Below, one piece after another: positions 1-9,429 of a stretch of 64,000 nt of DNA (positions are counted from its first letter, which is position 1; every line of letters starts with the position of its first letter). The translations under genes and the position numbers were made by a program. The DNA lies in assembly GCA_037143195.1 (NCBI GenBank), contig JBAWZD010000001.1, positions 355,733-419,732 of the forward strand, in the 5' to 3' direction. The notes beneath the pieces were generated by a model. That model saw nothing but the letters and a program-made list of their open reading frames with translations. It ran no database searches and was not told the DNA's origin. Origin of the DNA: a bacterium. Its GTDB lineage: Bacteria; Patescibacteriota; Minisyncoccia; Phycocordibacterales; UBA9973.

Positions 1-2488
1 GGATCGTGTCCGGTTGCAGCCAAGAAGTCGAGTGCTTCATTCGAAAGTTCAAGCGCGATACCCTTTGTCGCAAGTCTGTCTGCAACAACTTTGGTACGAA
101 TAGTAACGATCTCGCGAATTGCTTCTTGTGAAAGCACATCGAACAAAACGATCTCATCAATACGGTTGAGGAATTCGGGACGGAATTGATCTTTGAGTGC
201 ATCGAGCACTTTGCCTTTCACATTCTCGTAATCACCCGTTGCTGAACTATTGGTAAACCCAATCGATTCCATTTTGGAAATAAATTGCGAACCAATATTA
301 CTCGTCATGATGATGATGGTATTTTTGAAGTTCACGACACGGCCTTTGGCATCAGTGAGTCGTCCATCGTCGAGGACTTGAAGCAACATGTTGAAGACTT
401 CTGGATGTGCCTTTTCAATCTCATCGAAGAGCACGACTGCGTATGGGCGATGACGCACTGCTTCCGTGAGCTGTCCTGATTCATCGTGGCCAACATAGCC
501 TGGTGGCGAACCAACAAGCTTTGAAATACTGTGACGCTCCATGTATTCAGACATATCGACGCGAATGAGCGCCTTGTCATCGTTGAACATAAATTCAGCG
601 AGACTCTTGGTGAGTTCTGTTTTACCAACTCCTGTTGGACCAAGGAAAATGAACGAACCAATCGGACGATTTGGATCACTGATGCCGGCGCGTGAGCGAC
701 GGACTACATCGGCGACACGTTTGATCGCATCGTTTTGACCAACAACACGCTTGTTGAGTTCTTGTTCCATACGCTCAAGTTTCGCGCGCTCTTCTTCGAG
801 CATACGTGTGAGCGGAATACCAGTCCAACGTGCGACGACTTCGGCAATATCTTCTGACGTGATTTCTTCTTTCAAAATGCGACGAGACTTTTGCAATTTT
901 TTCAGACGCGCAAGCTTCTGTTCGAGTTCTTTCTGAAGTGTTGGGATTTTGCCATAGCGAATCTCAGCAGCCTTGGTCAAATCCGCACGCATTTCTGCGT
1001 TGTCAGCTTCGAGGCGAAGTGATTCAAGTTCCTTTTTGATTGCACGAATATCAGAGACGAGGGTTTTCTCATTCTGCCATTTGAGTTCAATCTCCTTTGT
1101 CTTTTCGCGGTAGTTGGCGATTTCCTTTTCGATTTCTTTGATACGAGCCTTTGTGTCACGATTGTCCTGTGAACCTGCTTCAACTTCTGACTTGAGTGCT
1201 TCACGCTCAACTTCAAGACGCATCACCTTGCGGTTTGCTTCTTCGAGGATTGGCGGCTTGTTCTCAAGCGCAATACGAAGTGCTGATGCTGCCTCGTCGA
1301 TGAGGTCGATTGCCTTGTCTGGCAAGAAACGATTCGTAATGTATCGAGTCGAAAAGTTTACAGCAGAGACGATTGCATCGTCAGTAATGCGCACACCGTG
1401 GTAGACCTCGTATTTTTCTTTGAGTCCACGAAGAATTGCAATCGCATCTTCTGGCGTTGGTTCGTCGACGAACACTGGCTGGAAACGTCGTGCGAGTGCA
1501 GGATCCTTTTCAATGTATTTTTGGTATTCCTTGAGTGTTGTTGCACCGATAGCGCGAAGCTCTCCGCGCGCAAGCGCAGGCTTGAGCATGTTTGACGCGT
1601 CGAGTGATCCTTCAGATGCTCCGGCACCAACGAGTGTATGAATTTCATCGACAAAGAGAATGATTTTGCCATCAGCTTTCTCAATCTCCTTCATGATTTG
1701 TTTCAAACGCTCCTCAAACTCTCCGCGATATTTTGTACCAGCAAGAAGTGAACCCAAATCAAGCGACACAATCTCCTTGTCCTTGAGTGACTCTGAAATA
1801 TCTCCTTTGGCAATGCGATTTGCGAGTCCCTCGACGACAGCGGTCTTTCCCGTACCTGCCTCACCAATGAGAATTGGATTGTTCTTTGTGCGACGCGAAA
1901 GAATCTGCATGATACGCATGATTTCTGTATCACGACCAATGACAGGATCGAGTTTGTCCTCACGTGCGAGCTTGGTGAGATTGCGCGTGTACTTGGTGAG
2001 CATGCGCATTTTCTTTGGACCTTCTGCGTCTGTCACGCCATTGTTCTTGACCTCCTCAAGCACTTTCATAACTTGATCTTTGGTCAAACGGAAACGATTG
2101 AGCAAATCTTTGGTCTCGCCAGACACTTCGAGGATTGCGATGAACAAATGTTCTGTCGAAACGAATTCATCTTTCAGTGATGCGGCGATTTTTGACGATT
2201 GTTCGATTGCATTCGCAAGATCTGGAGTGAGATAGATTTGGTAACTTGGAGAAAGCGTCTGAGATGTTTCAGGCGCTTCAATCGCTTCGAGCAGTGTGTC
2301 AGTGAGCAAAATTGTATCTACTTCGAGCTTGTCGAGAATGGAAATAACCATCGACTCTTCTTGAGTCATCAGCGCAGTCAAAAGATGTAGTGTCGAAACA
2401 TTGTTTTGGCCACGTTCAATCGCGAGCTCATGTGCTCGACGGATGGCTTCTTTGGCTTTGGTTGTGAAATGGTTGAATGGTGGCATAG
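1..2488 (-). CDS. clpB: ATP-dependent chaperone ClpB (AAA+ disaggregase), partial; the C-terminal ~30 aa lie beyond the window start
   Basis: Hand translation of the minus strand from the ATG at 2486-2488 gives [36 protein letters not shown] (Clp N-domain). It continues through Walker [24 protein letters not shown], a long coiled-coil middle domain of ClpB type, and a second AAA module. The frame is open to position 1, so it is missing from the ORF track only because no stop lies in the window. Confidence 0.9.
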
Positions 2489-2500
2489 ATATTTATTATA

Positions 2501-3319
2501 TTACAATGTTTTTTGAGTAAGGTCAACAGGTGGGTTTTTTATAAATGTTTGGACTGCATCACTTGCGATAACGTATTCAGTAGTATCATTTTTGGCAAGC
2601 ACAAGACCGATAACATCCCCTTCTAGATTCACCACAAACGTTCCGTCGTCTTTCATTGCTACTTCTGGACTCAAGTCGATGACGTTTGGGCTGTTCTTGC
2701 TTGTTGGATCGAGCGATGAGATTGATTGAACGATTGCTTTACCAACTTTTTGCATCGAAACGATGACTGCTGTTTGTCCTGACTTACTATCGCTATCTTT
2801 TCCAAACGTTCCTGTGGGCAAATCTGTAAGTTTAATCGTTGTATCTGTCGTCGTAAGAAATGCAAACCCGAGTGGCGAGACGGCAGTGACTTTGGCTTCA
2901 GCATATGTCGTTCCAACTTTTATACTATACGTATGCGTGGTATCAAGTGCGCTCGATGAGGTGATAAACTGTCCTCCGCCGATTGAATACCCCTCTCCAA
3001 TCGAACTCGTCGCGTCTTTCGATGTATAGAGTGGATACAGGTGACTGCGAGTTTTGGTAACGGCATCGACGACAAGATCATCTTCTTTGACCACGACGGT
3101 CTGAACTTTGTTTGGACTATAATCGGGAGAAACTTTTTCGATGGTTTGTTGGACAACGCGATTGACTGTCTGGGTAAATCCGGTTGGTGCCTGTTGCATC
3201 AATGTGACCGTAACGATTCCCGTCGCAATCGAGACGACAAACGACAGCAATATTGCAAGCAATATCAGCTGAGTTTTGTTGAGGTCCTTTATTTCTACTG
3301 GCCGATCGTTTTGGTCCAT
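2501..3319 (-). CDS. membrane-anchored protein with a trypsin-like (HtrA/S1C-like) domain, possibly catalytically degenerate, no PDZ domain
   Basis: N-terminal TM helix LILLAILLSFVVSIATGIV. The C-terminal segment KDDGTFVVNLEGDVIGLVLA resembles the GNSGGPLVN-x-GxVIGIN region of HtrA, with the catalytic Ser position replaced. Confidence 0.45.
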   Translation of the reverse strand: MDQNDRPVEIKDLNKTQLILLAILLSFVVSIATGIVTVTLMQQAPTGFTQTVNRVVQQTIEKVSPDYSPNKVQTVVVKEDDLVVDAVTKTRSHLYPLYTSKDATSSIGEGYSIGGGQFITSSSALDTTHTYSIKVGTTYAEAKVTAVSPLGFAFLTTTDTTIKLTDLPTGTFGKDSDSKSGQTAVIVSMQKVGKAIVQSISSLDPTSKNSPNVIDLSPEVAMKDDGTFVVNLEGDVIGLVLAKNDTTEYVIASDAVQTFIKNPPVDLTQKTL

Positions 3320-3350
3320 AATCCCAGTATATCATACGACGCAAGTGCTT

Positions 3351-4532
3351 TTAGTGGTGCCACTTTTCGTATTTTTTCGCAATTGATTCGAGTGCTTTGA
3401 GCGCTCGTTCGATATCTTTTTGATGCGTTGTTCGTCCGATTGAAAATCGCACACTTCCCCATGTTGCATCGTCGCCTTCACCGTACAGAGCTTTGAGTAC
3501 GTGCGAGCCCGTGTCTTTGGTAGAGGCACAAGCACTTCCCATTGAGCATTGTATGCCACGCGAGTCGAGCTCAAGCACGAGGAGCTCGCTCTGAATTCCT
3601 CGTATCGAAATATGAATATTGTTTGGCAGGCGAAATTTTCTACTACCATTTATGCGCGCGTTTGGAATTCGTTTTTCAATCTGTTCCAAAAATGTATCGC
3701 GAAGCAGGATGAGTCGCTGTTTTTCTTCTTCCTGAATCGATCGCGCACTCGTGAGTGCTTTGGCGAGGCCAATACATCCAACAATATTTTCTGTACCCGA
3801 ACGAAGTCCTGATTCTTGCCCGCCTCCATACATGATTGGTGCGATCGGTGTTCCGCGATGCACATAGAGCACAGCAATGCCACTTGGTCCTCCGATTTTG
3901 GTTCCGTTAAACGTCATTAGGTCGACACCAAGCTGTTCAACATTACAATTCTCGTACTGTATGGCTTGGCACGCGTCTGTGTGAAAGAGCGGATAGTGTT
4001 GTGCGCTATCTGTATTTGTTTTTTTGAAATGACGAATCTCTTTTGCCACATCGCGAATCGATTGGATTGTTCCAATCTCGCTATTGCCGTATGCGATTGA
4101 AACAAGAATTGTTTCTGGTCGGAGCGATGCACGCAATTGCTTCATATCAATGCGACCAGTCTCGTCTACCTTGAGATAGGTGACATCCGCTCCGACCGCC
4201 TCAAGATGATGGCACGCTTCGAGCACGGCAGGATGTTCCGTTTCGGTCGTAATAATATGGAGAGTCTTGTTTTGAAACAGTGGATTCATTCGCGCGTGCT
4301 TGAACACGCCAAGAACGGCGAGATTGTCGGATTCAGTGCCGTTCCCTGCAAAGAAAATTTCGCTTGGGTGGGCAGAGAGTGCTGTGGCAATGTCGGCGCG
4401 CGCGCCCGTAAGGGCGCGCGCGCTTTCTACCCCCTTCGAATGTATCGAACTCGCATTCATAGCCCAAAAACTCGCCCAAAAAGTAGCCCATCGGACCTCG
4501 GGGAGCATTGGCGCGAAAGCCGCATAGTCCAT
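3351..4532 (-). CDS. cysteine desulfurase (NifS/IscS family, class V aminotransferase)
   Basis: Contains ...HTDACQAIQ...LMTFNGTKIGGPSGIAVLYV...SGTEN, typical of NifS/IscS. Start placed at the ATG at 4530-4532 (MDYAAFAPML...), which matches the usual MxYLDxAAT start. The track's longer N-terminal extension is unlikely. Confidence 0.85.
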   Translation of the reverse strand: MDYAAFAPMLPEVRWATFWASFWAMNASSIHSKGVESARALTGARADIATALSAHPSEIFFAGNGTESDNLAVLGVFKHARMNPLFQNKTLHIITTETEHPAVLEACHHLEAVGADVTYLKVDETGRIDMKQLRASLRPETILVSIAYGNSEIGTIQSIRDVAKEIRHFKKTNTDSAQHYPLFHTDACQAIQYENCNVEQLGVDLMTFNGTKIGGPSGIAVLYVHRGTPIAPIMYGGGQESGLRSGTENIVGCIGLAKALTSARSIQEEEKQRLILLRDTFLEQIEKRIPNARINGSRKFRLPNNIHISIRGIQSELLVLELDSRGIQCSMGSACASTKDTGSHVLKALYGEGDDATWGSVRFSIGRTTHQKDIERALKALESIAKKYEKWHH

Positions 4533-4621
4533 ATATGTAGTTGTCTGTCGAGCCAAACGGCCCAAAAATCGTGGTCTTTTCATTTTGAATTTTACGTTTC
4601 CTAGTATATACTCTAGCCTGC

Positions 4622-5083
4622 ATGAGTACAAACACCATTCTCTTCGGTGCCCTTTTTCTTTTGGTGGCGATTGCCCTCTTTTTGATTGTGCGCATCGAGA
4701 TTCGTCTCAAGAAATTGTTCCGCGGAAGCCGAGCAAGTAGTCTTGAATCACTCCTCGCCGACATGGCAAAGGCTGTTGATATTCAGAATGATCGCGCAGA
4801 CACAAACGAAGAGCATCTCAAAATACTTGAGGCACGTCTCGAAAAGCAGGGACATGGTGTGAAGCTCGTTCGTTTCAATCCATTTACTGAAGTCGGTGGC
4901 AACCAAAGTTTTGCTGTCGGTATCGTAAACAAAGAAGGCGACGGCGTCGTCTTCTCAAGCCTCTACTCACGTGAGCGCATGAGTGTCTTCGCAAAACCAA
5001 TCACCAAAGGCGTCTCAGATATCGAACTTACCCCTGAAGAAAAATCAGTCGTCGACGACGCTCACAAAAGCGCTAATCTCTAA
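4622..5083 (+). CDS. small membrane-anchored protein (resembles the DUF4446-type family from memory; unverified)
   Basis: N-terminal TM helix, then a conserved-looking block NPFTEVGGNQSFAVGIVNKEGDGVVFSSLYSRERMSVFAKPI. It sits directly upstream of infB on the same strand. Confidence 0.4.
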   Translation: MSTNTILFGALFLLVAIALFLIVRIEIRLKKLFRGSRASSLESLLADMAKAVDIQNDRADTNEEHLKILEARLEKQGHGVKLVRFNPFTEVGGNQSFAVGIVNKEGDGVVFSSLYSRERMSVFAKPITKGVSDIELTPEEKSVVDDAHKSANL

Positions 5084-5092
5084 TCAATTATT

Positions 5093-6610
5093 ATGAAAAA
5101 ATCCGGCGCAAAGAAAACTGAAGACAGTACACGTTCGCCGATCGTCGTCGTCATGGGTCATATCGACCATGGCAAATCTACCTTGCTCGACTACATCCGC
5201 AAGTCAAACGTCGTCGACGGCGAAGCGGGAGGCATCACTCAGCACCTCTCCGCATATGAGGTTGCCCACAAAGACGCCGAGGGCAAAGACCGCACAATCA
5301 CCTTCCTCGATACCCCAGGACACGAGGCATTCAAAGGCATGCGCAATCGCGGTGCACAATCTGCAGACATTGCTATTCTCGTCGTCAGTGCCGAAGACTC
5401 AGTCAAAGCACAGACACTCGAAGCATGGAAGACTATAAACGAAGCCAAACTTCCCTACGTCGTCGCAATCAACAAAATCGACAAGCCAAACGCCAACCCT
5501 GAAAAAGTCAAAATGGATTTGGCCGAAAAAGGCATTTACGTTGAAGGATTCGGAGGAGATGTACCATTCGTAGAAATTTCTGCAAAGACGGGACTTGGGA
5601 TTGATTCGCTCCTTGAGACGATTCTTCTCGTAGCAGACCTCGCCGAGCTCAAAGGAAACGCAGGACTTCCTGCAGAAGGTGTCGTCATCGAAAGTCACCG
5701 CGACACTCGCCGTGGTATCACTGCGACGCTCATCATCCGCAACGGCACACTCGAAAAAGGCATGTATCTCGCATGTGGTAACGCAATCGCAGGAACACGC
5801 ATCATGGAGAACTTCCGTATGAAGCAGATCGATACCGCGACCGTATCACAGCCTGTCGGTATCGTTGGCTGGAGCGATGTTCCCCCAGTCGGTGGTATCT
5901 TCCATACGTACGCGACAAAGGCCGAAGCTGAAGAAGCAGCCAAGGGTGGCAAACACGGTGAAGCATCACAGACCATGCGTGCAGTCGGTGAGAAGATTGA
6001 TAAGAGTCGTCGTATTCCAATCATCATCCGCACAGACACCACCGGTACAGCAGACGCCGTTGTTTCTGAAATCCGCAAACTCGAGATTCCTACAATCGGT
6101 TGGAAAATCCTCGTTGCAGGTGTGGGAACAATTGGCGAGAACGATATCAAAATGGCAGGTGTTGATCCTGAGACAATCATTGTTGGATTCAATACAAAGA
6201 TGGATCCTCGCGCTCGCGACATGAATGAACAATTGAACATCACGGTCAAAACATTCGAAATCATTTACAAACTCTCAGACTATTTGAAAGAAGTCATCGA
6301 AGAACGTCGTCCTCGTGTTGAAACACTCGTCGTTGGAGGAGTGTTGAAAGCTCAGAAAATCTTTTCAAAGACCAAAGACCGCCAAGTCGTTGGAGGCACA
6401 GTGCAGACAGGAGACATTGGCGTTGGGAACGAAGTTCGTATTCTCCGCCGTGAAAACGAAATCGGCAAAGGTACGATCGTGCACCTTGAGCAAAATCGTT
6501 TGAAGGTGAAGACAGTCGCTGAAGGCCTCGCCTGCGGAGCACTCATCGAGAGTCGCATCGAGATAGCTCCAGGAGACATGATCGAAGCAATCACGAAGAA
6601 GATAGAATAA
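5093..6610 (+). CDS. infB: translation initiation factor IF-2 (short form, 505 aa)
   Basis: GTPase G1 motif VVVMGHIDHGKSTLLD, G3 motif DTPGHEAF, NKIDK, and C-terminal beta-barrel domains. rbfA follows as in the classical operon. Confidence 0.95.
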   Translation: MKKSGAKKTEDSTRSPIVVVMGHIDHGKSTLLDYIRKSNVVDGEAGGITQHLSAYEVAHKDAEGKDRTITFLDTPGHEAFKGMRNRGAQSADIAILVVSAEDSVKAQTLEAWKTINEAKLPYVVAINKIDKPNANPEKVKMDLAEKGIYVEGFGGDVPFVEISAKTGLGIDSLLETILLVADLAELKGNAGLPAEGVVIESHRDTRRGITATLIIRNGTLEKGMYLACGNAIAGTRIMENFRMKQIDTATVSQPVGIVGWSDVPPVGGIFHTYATKAEAEEAAKGGKHGEASQTMRAVGEKIDKSRRIPIIIRTDTTGTADAVVSEIRKLEIPTIGWKILVAGVGTIGENDIKMAGVDPETIIVGFNTKMDPRARDMNEQLNITVKTFEIIYKLSDYLKEVIEERRPRVETLVVGGVLKAQKIFSKTKDRQVVGGTVQTGDIGVGNEVRILRRENEIGKGTIVHLEQNRLKVKTVAEGLACGALIESRIEIAPGDMIEAITKKIE

Positions 6611-6631
6611 TCCTTCATCCATTTTTATACT

Positions 6632-6958
6632 ATGGCAATCCGAAATCACAACGAAAAATTAGAACAAGCAATCATTCGCGAAGCAGCGATGTTTTTTGAG
6701 CGCGAAGGCAATCGCACCGCACTTATCACTGTCACGAATGTCGTCCTCACCAAGCGTGGGAATGGAGCAACACTCTTCGTATCAGTCTTCCCTGCCGACA
6801 AAGAAAAGACGGCACTTGATTTCGTCAATCGAAACCTCGGCGAACTCCGCAAAGTCCTTCGCGAAAAGATTCGCTCCCGTGCGATCCCAAGTTTCAAAGT
6901 CATTGCCGATCACGGCGAACAAACTCGCGACGAAATCAACAAGCTTTTGAAAGAATAA
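6632..6958 (+). CDS. rbfA: ribosome-binding factor A
   Basis: 108 aa. RbfA-like ...ALITVTNVVLTKRGNGATLFVSVF... Located immediately downstream of infB. Confidence 0.85.
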   Translation: MAIRNHNEKLEQAIIREAAMFFEREGNRTALITVTNVVLTKRGNGATLFVSVFPADKEKTALDFVNRNLGELRKVLREKIRSRAIPSFKVIADHGEQTRDEINKLLKE

Positions 6959-6960
6959 GA

Positions 6961-6986
6961 AAAACGCCCATTGGGCGTTTTTCTTT
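6961..6986. terminator. rho-independent terminator (bidirectional) after rbfA, ahead of tRNA-Leu
   Basis: aaaacgccc att gggcgttttt hairpin, with an A-run upstream and a T-run downstream. Confidence 0.7.
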
Positions 6987-6990
6987 TGTG

Positions 6991-7071
6991 TGCCCGAGGT
7001 GGGACTCGAACCCACACTCCTTACGGAATTCGATCTTAAGTCGAACGCGGCTACCATTACGCCACTCGGGC
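6991..7071 (-). tRNA. tRNA-Leu(UAA)
   Basis: The reverse complement folds as a cloverleaf: gcccgag acceptor, anticodon loop ctTAAga, long variable arm, ttcgagtcc T-loop. Confidence 0.8.
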
Positions 7072-7097
7072 ATTCCGACGCACTATACCGCACAATG

Positions 7098-7168
7098 AGG
7101 CCTGGGCGAGAATCGAACTCGCGATGAGGGATTTGCAGTCCCCTGAATTACCACTTTTCTACCAGGCC
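7098..7168 (-). tRNA. tRNA-Cys(GCA)
   Basis: Reverse complement ggcctggtagaaaagtggtaattcaggggactGCAaatccctcatcgcgagttcgattctcgcccaggcct. Acceptor ggcctgg pairs with ccaggcc, and the anticodon loop is ctGCAaa. Confidence 0.8.
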
Positions 7169-7225
7169 GTGTCGAAACACTCAGGAACTATACAGGTATT
7201 AGGGCGCGAAATCAAATCAAAAAGC

Positions 7226-7253
7226 TTGAAATTTCTTATAAAAAAGGTATACT
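7226..7253 (+). promoter_or_regulatory. sigma70-like promoter for the tRNA-Lys/tRNA-Leu(UAG) pair
   Basis: TTGAAA, 16-nt spacer, TATACT, about 19 nt upstream of tRNA-Lys. Confidence 0.5.
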
Positions 7254-7271
7254 GATGACTGTTTTATAGTT

Positions 7272-7344
7272 CCGCCCATAGCTCAGCTGGTAGAGCACTC
7301 GCCTCTTAAGCGATTGGTCGTTGGTTCGATTCCAACTGGGCGGA
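7272..7344 (+). tRNA. tRNA-Lys(CUU)
   Basis: ccgccca acceptor, D-arm gctcagctggtagagc, anticodon loop ctCTTaa, T-arm ggttcgattcc, 3' acceptor tgggcgg plus A. Confidence 0.8.
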
Positions 7345-7371
7345 CAACAGTGGGCGTACAATGTGCATCAT

Positions 7372-7453
7372 GCCGGGATGGCGAAATTGGTAGACGCACT
7401 TGCCTTAGGAGCAAGCGGGGTGACCCATGGAGGTTCAAGTCCTCTTCCCGGCA
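7372..7453 (+). tRNA. tRNA-Leu(UAG)
   Basis: gccggga acceptor, anticodon stem cttgc/gcaag with loop ctTAGga, long variable arm cggggtgacccatgg, ttcaagtcc T-loop. Confidence 0.8.
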
Positions 7454-7460
7454 CACATAC

Positions 7461-7491
7461 AAAAAAGGACGGCGTGAGCCGTCCTTTTTTG
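7461..7491. terminator. rho-independent terminator (bidirectional) ending the tRNA pair (+) and the pilin-like operon (-)
   Basis: aaaaaa ggacggc gtga gccgtcc tttttt. Confidence 0.8.
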
Positions 7492-7508
7492 CACCCTATT
7501 GTACAAAT

Positions 7509-7826
7509 TTAATTTGCTGGAATGTTTGGGTTTGCAGTGATACCGAGAGTCTTTTCGATGATATGCAATATCGTAAAAACTCCGAGCATGATAACCATAC
7601 CGATGATACCCCACAATATATGATCCTTGCCTGTCTCACGAGCCTCAGCTTGGTCTGCCTTTGAGAGAAATTCGAATACTCCGTAGAGGAAATAGACGAG
7701 GGCTGCTGCGAACATGAGAATGATAAGCGGATTCGTTATATAGCGGTTTACGCGCCCTACAAAGGCTGCTACAGGCGAGGTAGCTGCGTATGCGATTGCG
7801 GGTTGAAAGTAGTTGAGAATGTTCAT
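7509..7826 (-). CDS. small protein with TrbC/VirB2-like two-helix pilin-like domain (paralog 1 of 6, no N-terminal extension)
   Basis: 105 aa. Two TM helices around the motif FLYGVFEFLSKADQAEARETGKDHILWGIIGMVIMLGVF. This motif recurs at the C-termini of the five upstream genes. Confidence 0.75.
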   Translation of the reverse strand: MNILNYFQPAIAYAATSPVAAFVGRVNRYITNPLIILMFAAALVYFLYGVFEFLSKADQAEARETGKDHILWGIIGMVIMLGVFTILHIIEKTLGITANPNIPAN

Positions 7827-7870
7827 GGTGATACAAAGCGGCCTCGGCTACGCCGAGGCCGCTTATAACT

Positions 7871-8257
7871 TTAGAATGAAGGAAGCTGTCCAGGACCAGT
7901 ACTGTTGTTGACACCGAAGGTACTTGTGAGAATGTTTACCAATCCCCAAAGTCCAAGGATAACAGCGAAACCGATGATACCGTGAACCATTGCTCCGCGA
8001 GCAGCACTCTTTTCTTCAGCATCACTTGCAGTAATGAACTGAACGATACCCCAGATGAAGTATGCAACAGCACCGAGGATGAGCACTGGAATGACGATCT
8101 TGATCAATCCGTAGACGATACAGATAACGTGTGTGAGACCGACACCTCCACCACCAGCACAGTCAGCACTTGGAACTCCTGTTACCTGAGCGAGAGCCAT
8201 AAGCGGGAGAAGCACACTAACTCCAGTCGCACCGAGAACTGCAATATTCTTTTTCAT
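7871..8257 (-). CDS. secreted pilin-like protein (paralog 2), signal peptide plus C-terminal two-helix domain
   Basis: Start placed at MKKNIAVLGATGVSVLLPLMALA (signal peptide; ATG at 8255-8257). C-terminus FIWGIVQFITASDAEEKSAARGAMVHGIIGFAVILGLWG. Confidence 0.7.
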   Translation of the reverse strand: MKKNIAVLGATGVSVLLPLMALAQVTGVPSADCAGGGGVGLTHVICIVYGLIKIVIPVLILGAVAYFIWGIVQFITASDAEEKSAARGAMVHGIIGFAVILGLWGLVNILTSTFGVNNSTGPGQLPSF

Positions 8258-8386
8258 TGTATAAATTTCTGGCGTTAGGATACCTCCTCGCCGATTACTA
8301 AAATACTGATAATCAATACATGTGACCCTCACAATGTCTTAGGTAATTATATCACAAAGTCGATTCCGGCAACTACACCTTGTGGA

Positions 8387-8803
8387 TTAATCCACAGGCA
8401 GTTGAGGGATAACATTGTGAATGCCAAAAGTGCTTCCAACCAAAGTTGTAATCCCCCACACTGAAAACATGACCGCAAGCGCAATAATGCCCCACAACAT
8501 AAATTGTTTCCCTGCTTCACGCTCACTCGACTCTTGCGTTCCGATAAACTTAACAACGCCATACATAAAGATGACGATAGCAACAGCAAACAAGAAAGGA
8601 ACAATTGATTGCTCAATAAAACATGCAAAATATTTGATAACATCGGTTACATTGTGCGAACCGCCGATAAGCGAGCTCGGCACTCCACTCGAACAATATC
8701 CAGTCGCAGTTGTTGTTCCAGCCGCAAAAACGACCGAACTTGAAGCAACAAAAAATACAACGATAGCTACTAAACGGATTGTCTGTGAAAAATATGTTTT
8801 CAT
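8387..8803 (-). CDS. secreted pilin-like protein (paralog 3)
   Basis: Signal peptide MKTYFSQTIRLVAIVVFFVASSSVVFA, a Cys pair, and C-terminus FMYGVVKFIGTQESSEREAGKQFMLWGIIALAVMFSVWG. Confidence 0.75.
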   Translation of the reverse strand: MKTYFSQTIRLVAIVVFFVASSSVVFAAGTTTATGYCSSGVPSSLIGGSHNVTDVIKYFACFIEQSIVPFLFAVAIVIFMYGVVKFIGTQESSEREAGKQFMLWGIIALAVMFSVWGITTLVGSTFGIHNVIPQLPVD

Positions 8804-8827
8804 ACTGAATATACTAAATAATAAATC

Positions 8828-9424
8828 CTACCCCTGTATCGTCGGCGCATTCGTCGTCGGCACAGTCGGCGCTGAATTATTCAATCGAAATGTCTGGTTG
8901 AAAATAGTCAAAATCCCCCAAACTGAAAAGATAACTGCAAAACCAACAACGCCCCAAATCATAAACTGTCTGCCTTCTGCTCGTTCCTCTGCATCACTCG
9001 AAGAGATAAATTGCACCATCCCATACACAAACAAAAGCAAGCCAATGGCAAGCAGGAGCGGAACAATATATCTTTGTAGTGTACACGTGAAGTATTTGAG
9101 GAGATCTGGAATGGAAACAACTCCTGACGCCGGCGTAGCGGAATAATTTTGACAATAGCCTGATAGGTTTTGTGTAGGTGCTGCACCATTCGTTACTGGA
9201 GTTGCAGCAGGATCAAATGGAGCATTGGTCGGATCTGGCGCTGTCTTAAGCGTCGACCAATTATTTACGAATGGATCTGGAGACGTACCGATTGGACCAC
9301 TTCCAGGAATCGGATTTGGGCTTAGCAACTGGGCGTTTGTTGCTAGTGGCACAAAAACCATCACCGCGAAAAATATTCCGAGAAATAGTGCCGTATTCTT
9401 TTTGTTTCCAAGCAATGAGCGCAT
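8828..9424 (-). CDS. secreted pilin-like protein (paralog 4) with Pro/Thr-rich N-terminal region
   Basis: C-terminus FVYGMVQFISSSDAEERAEGRQFMIWGVVGFAVIFSVWG. Start placed at MRSLLGNKKNTALFLGIFFAV (ATG at 9422-9424). The track's longer ORF begins at a GTG. Confidence 0.7.
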   Translation of the reverse strand: MRSLLGNKKNTALFLGIFFAVMVFVPLATNAQLLSPNPIPGSGPIGTSPDPFVNNWSTLKTAPDPTNAPFDPAATPVTNGAAPTQNLSGYCQNYSATPASGVVSIPDLLKYFTCTLQRYIVPLLLAIGLLLFVYGMVQFISSSDAEERAEGRQFMIWGVVGFAVIFSVWGILTIFNQTFRLNNSAPTVPTTNAPTIQG

Positions 9425-9429
9425 TATTT

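Noticed and set aside
285-2390. Several 60-140-aa plus-strand ORFs in the first 2.5 kb, and no long ORF listed there
   Set aside because: Hand translation shows a continuous minus-strand ClpB frame from 2488 down to position 1. It is missing from the ORF track only because its stop lies outside the window. The plus-strand ORFs are antisense noise.
5695-6264. 189-aa minus-strand ORF inside infB
   Set aside because: Antisense to the IF-2 G-domain and domain II.
8421-9146. 241-aa plus-strand ORF across the pilin-like genes
   Set aside because: Antisense to three well-supported minus-strand genes with signal peptides and a shared C-terminal module.
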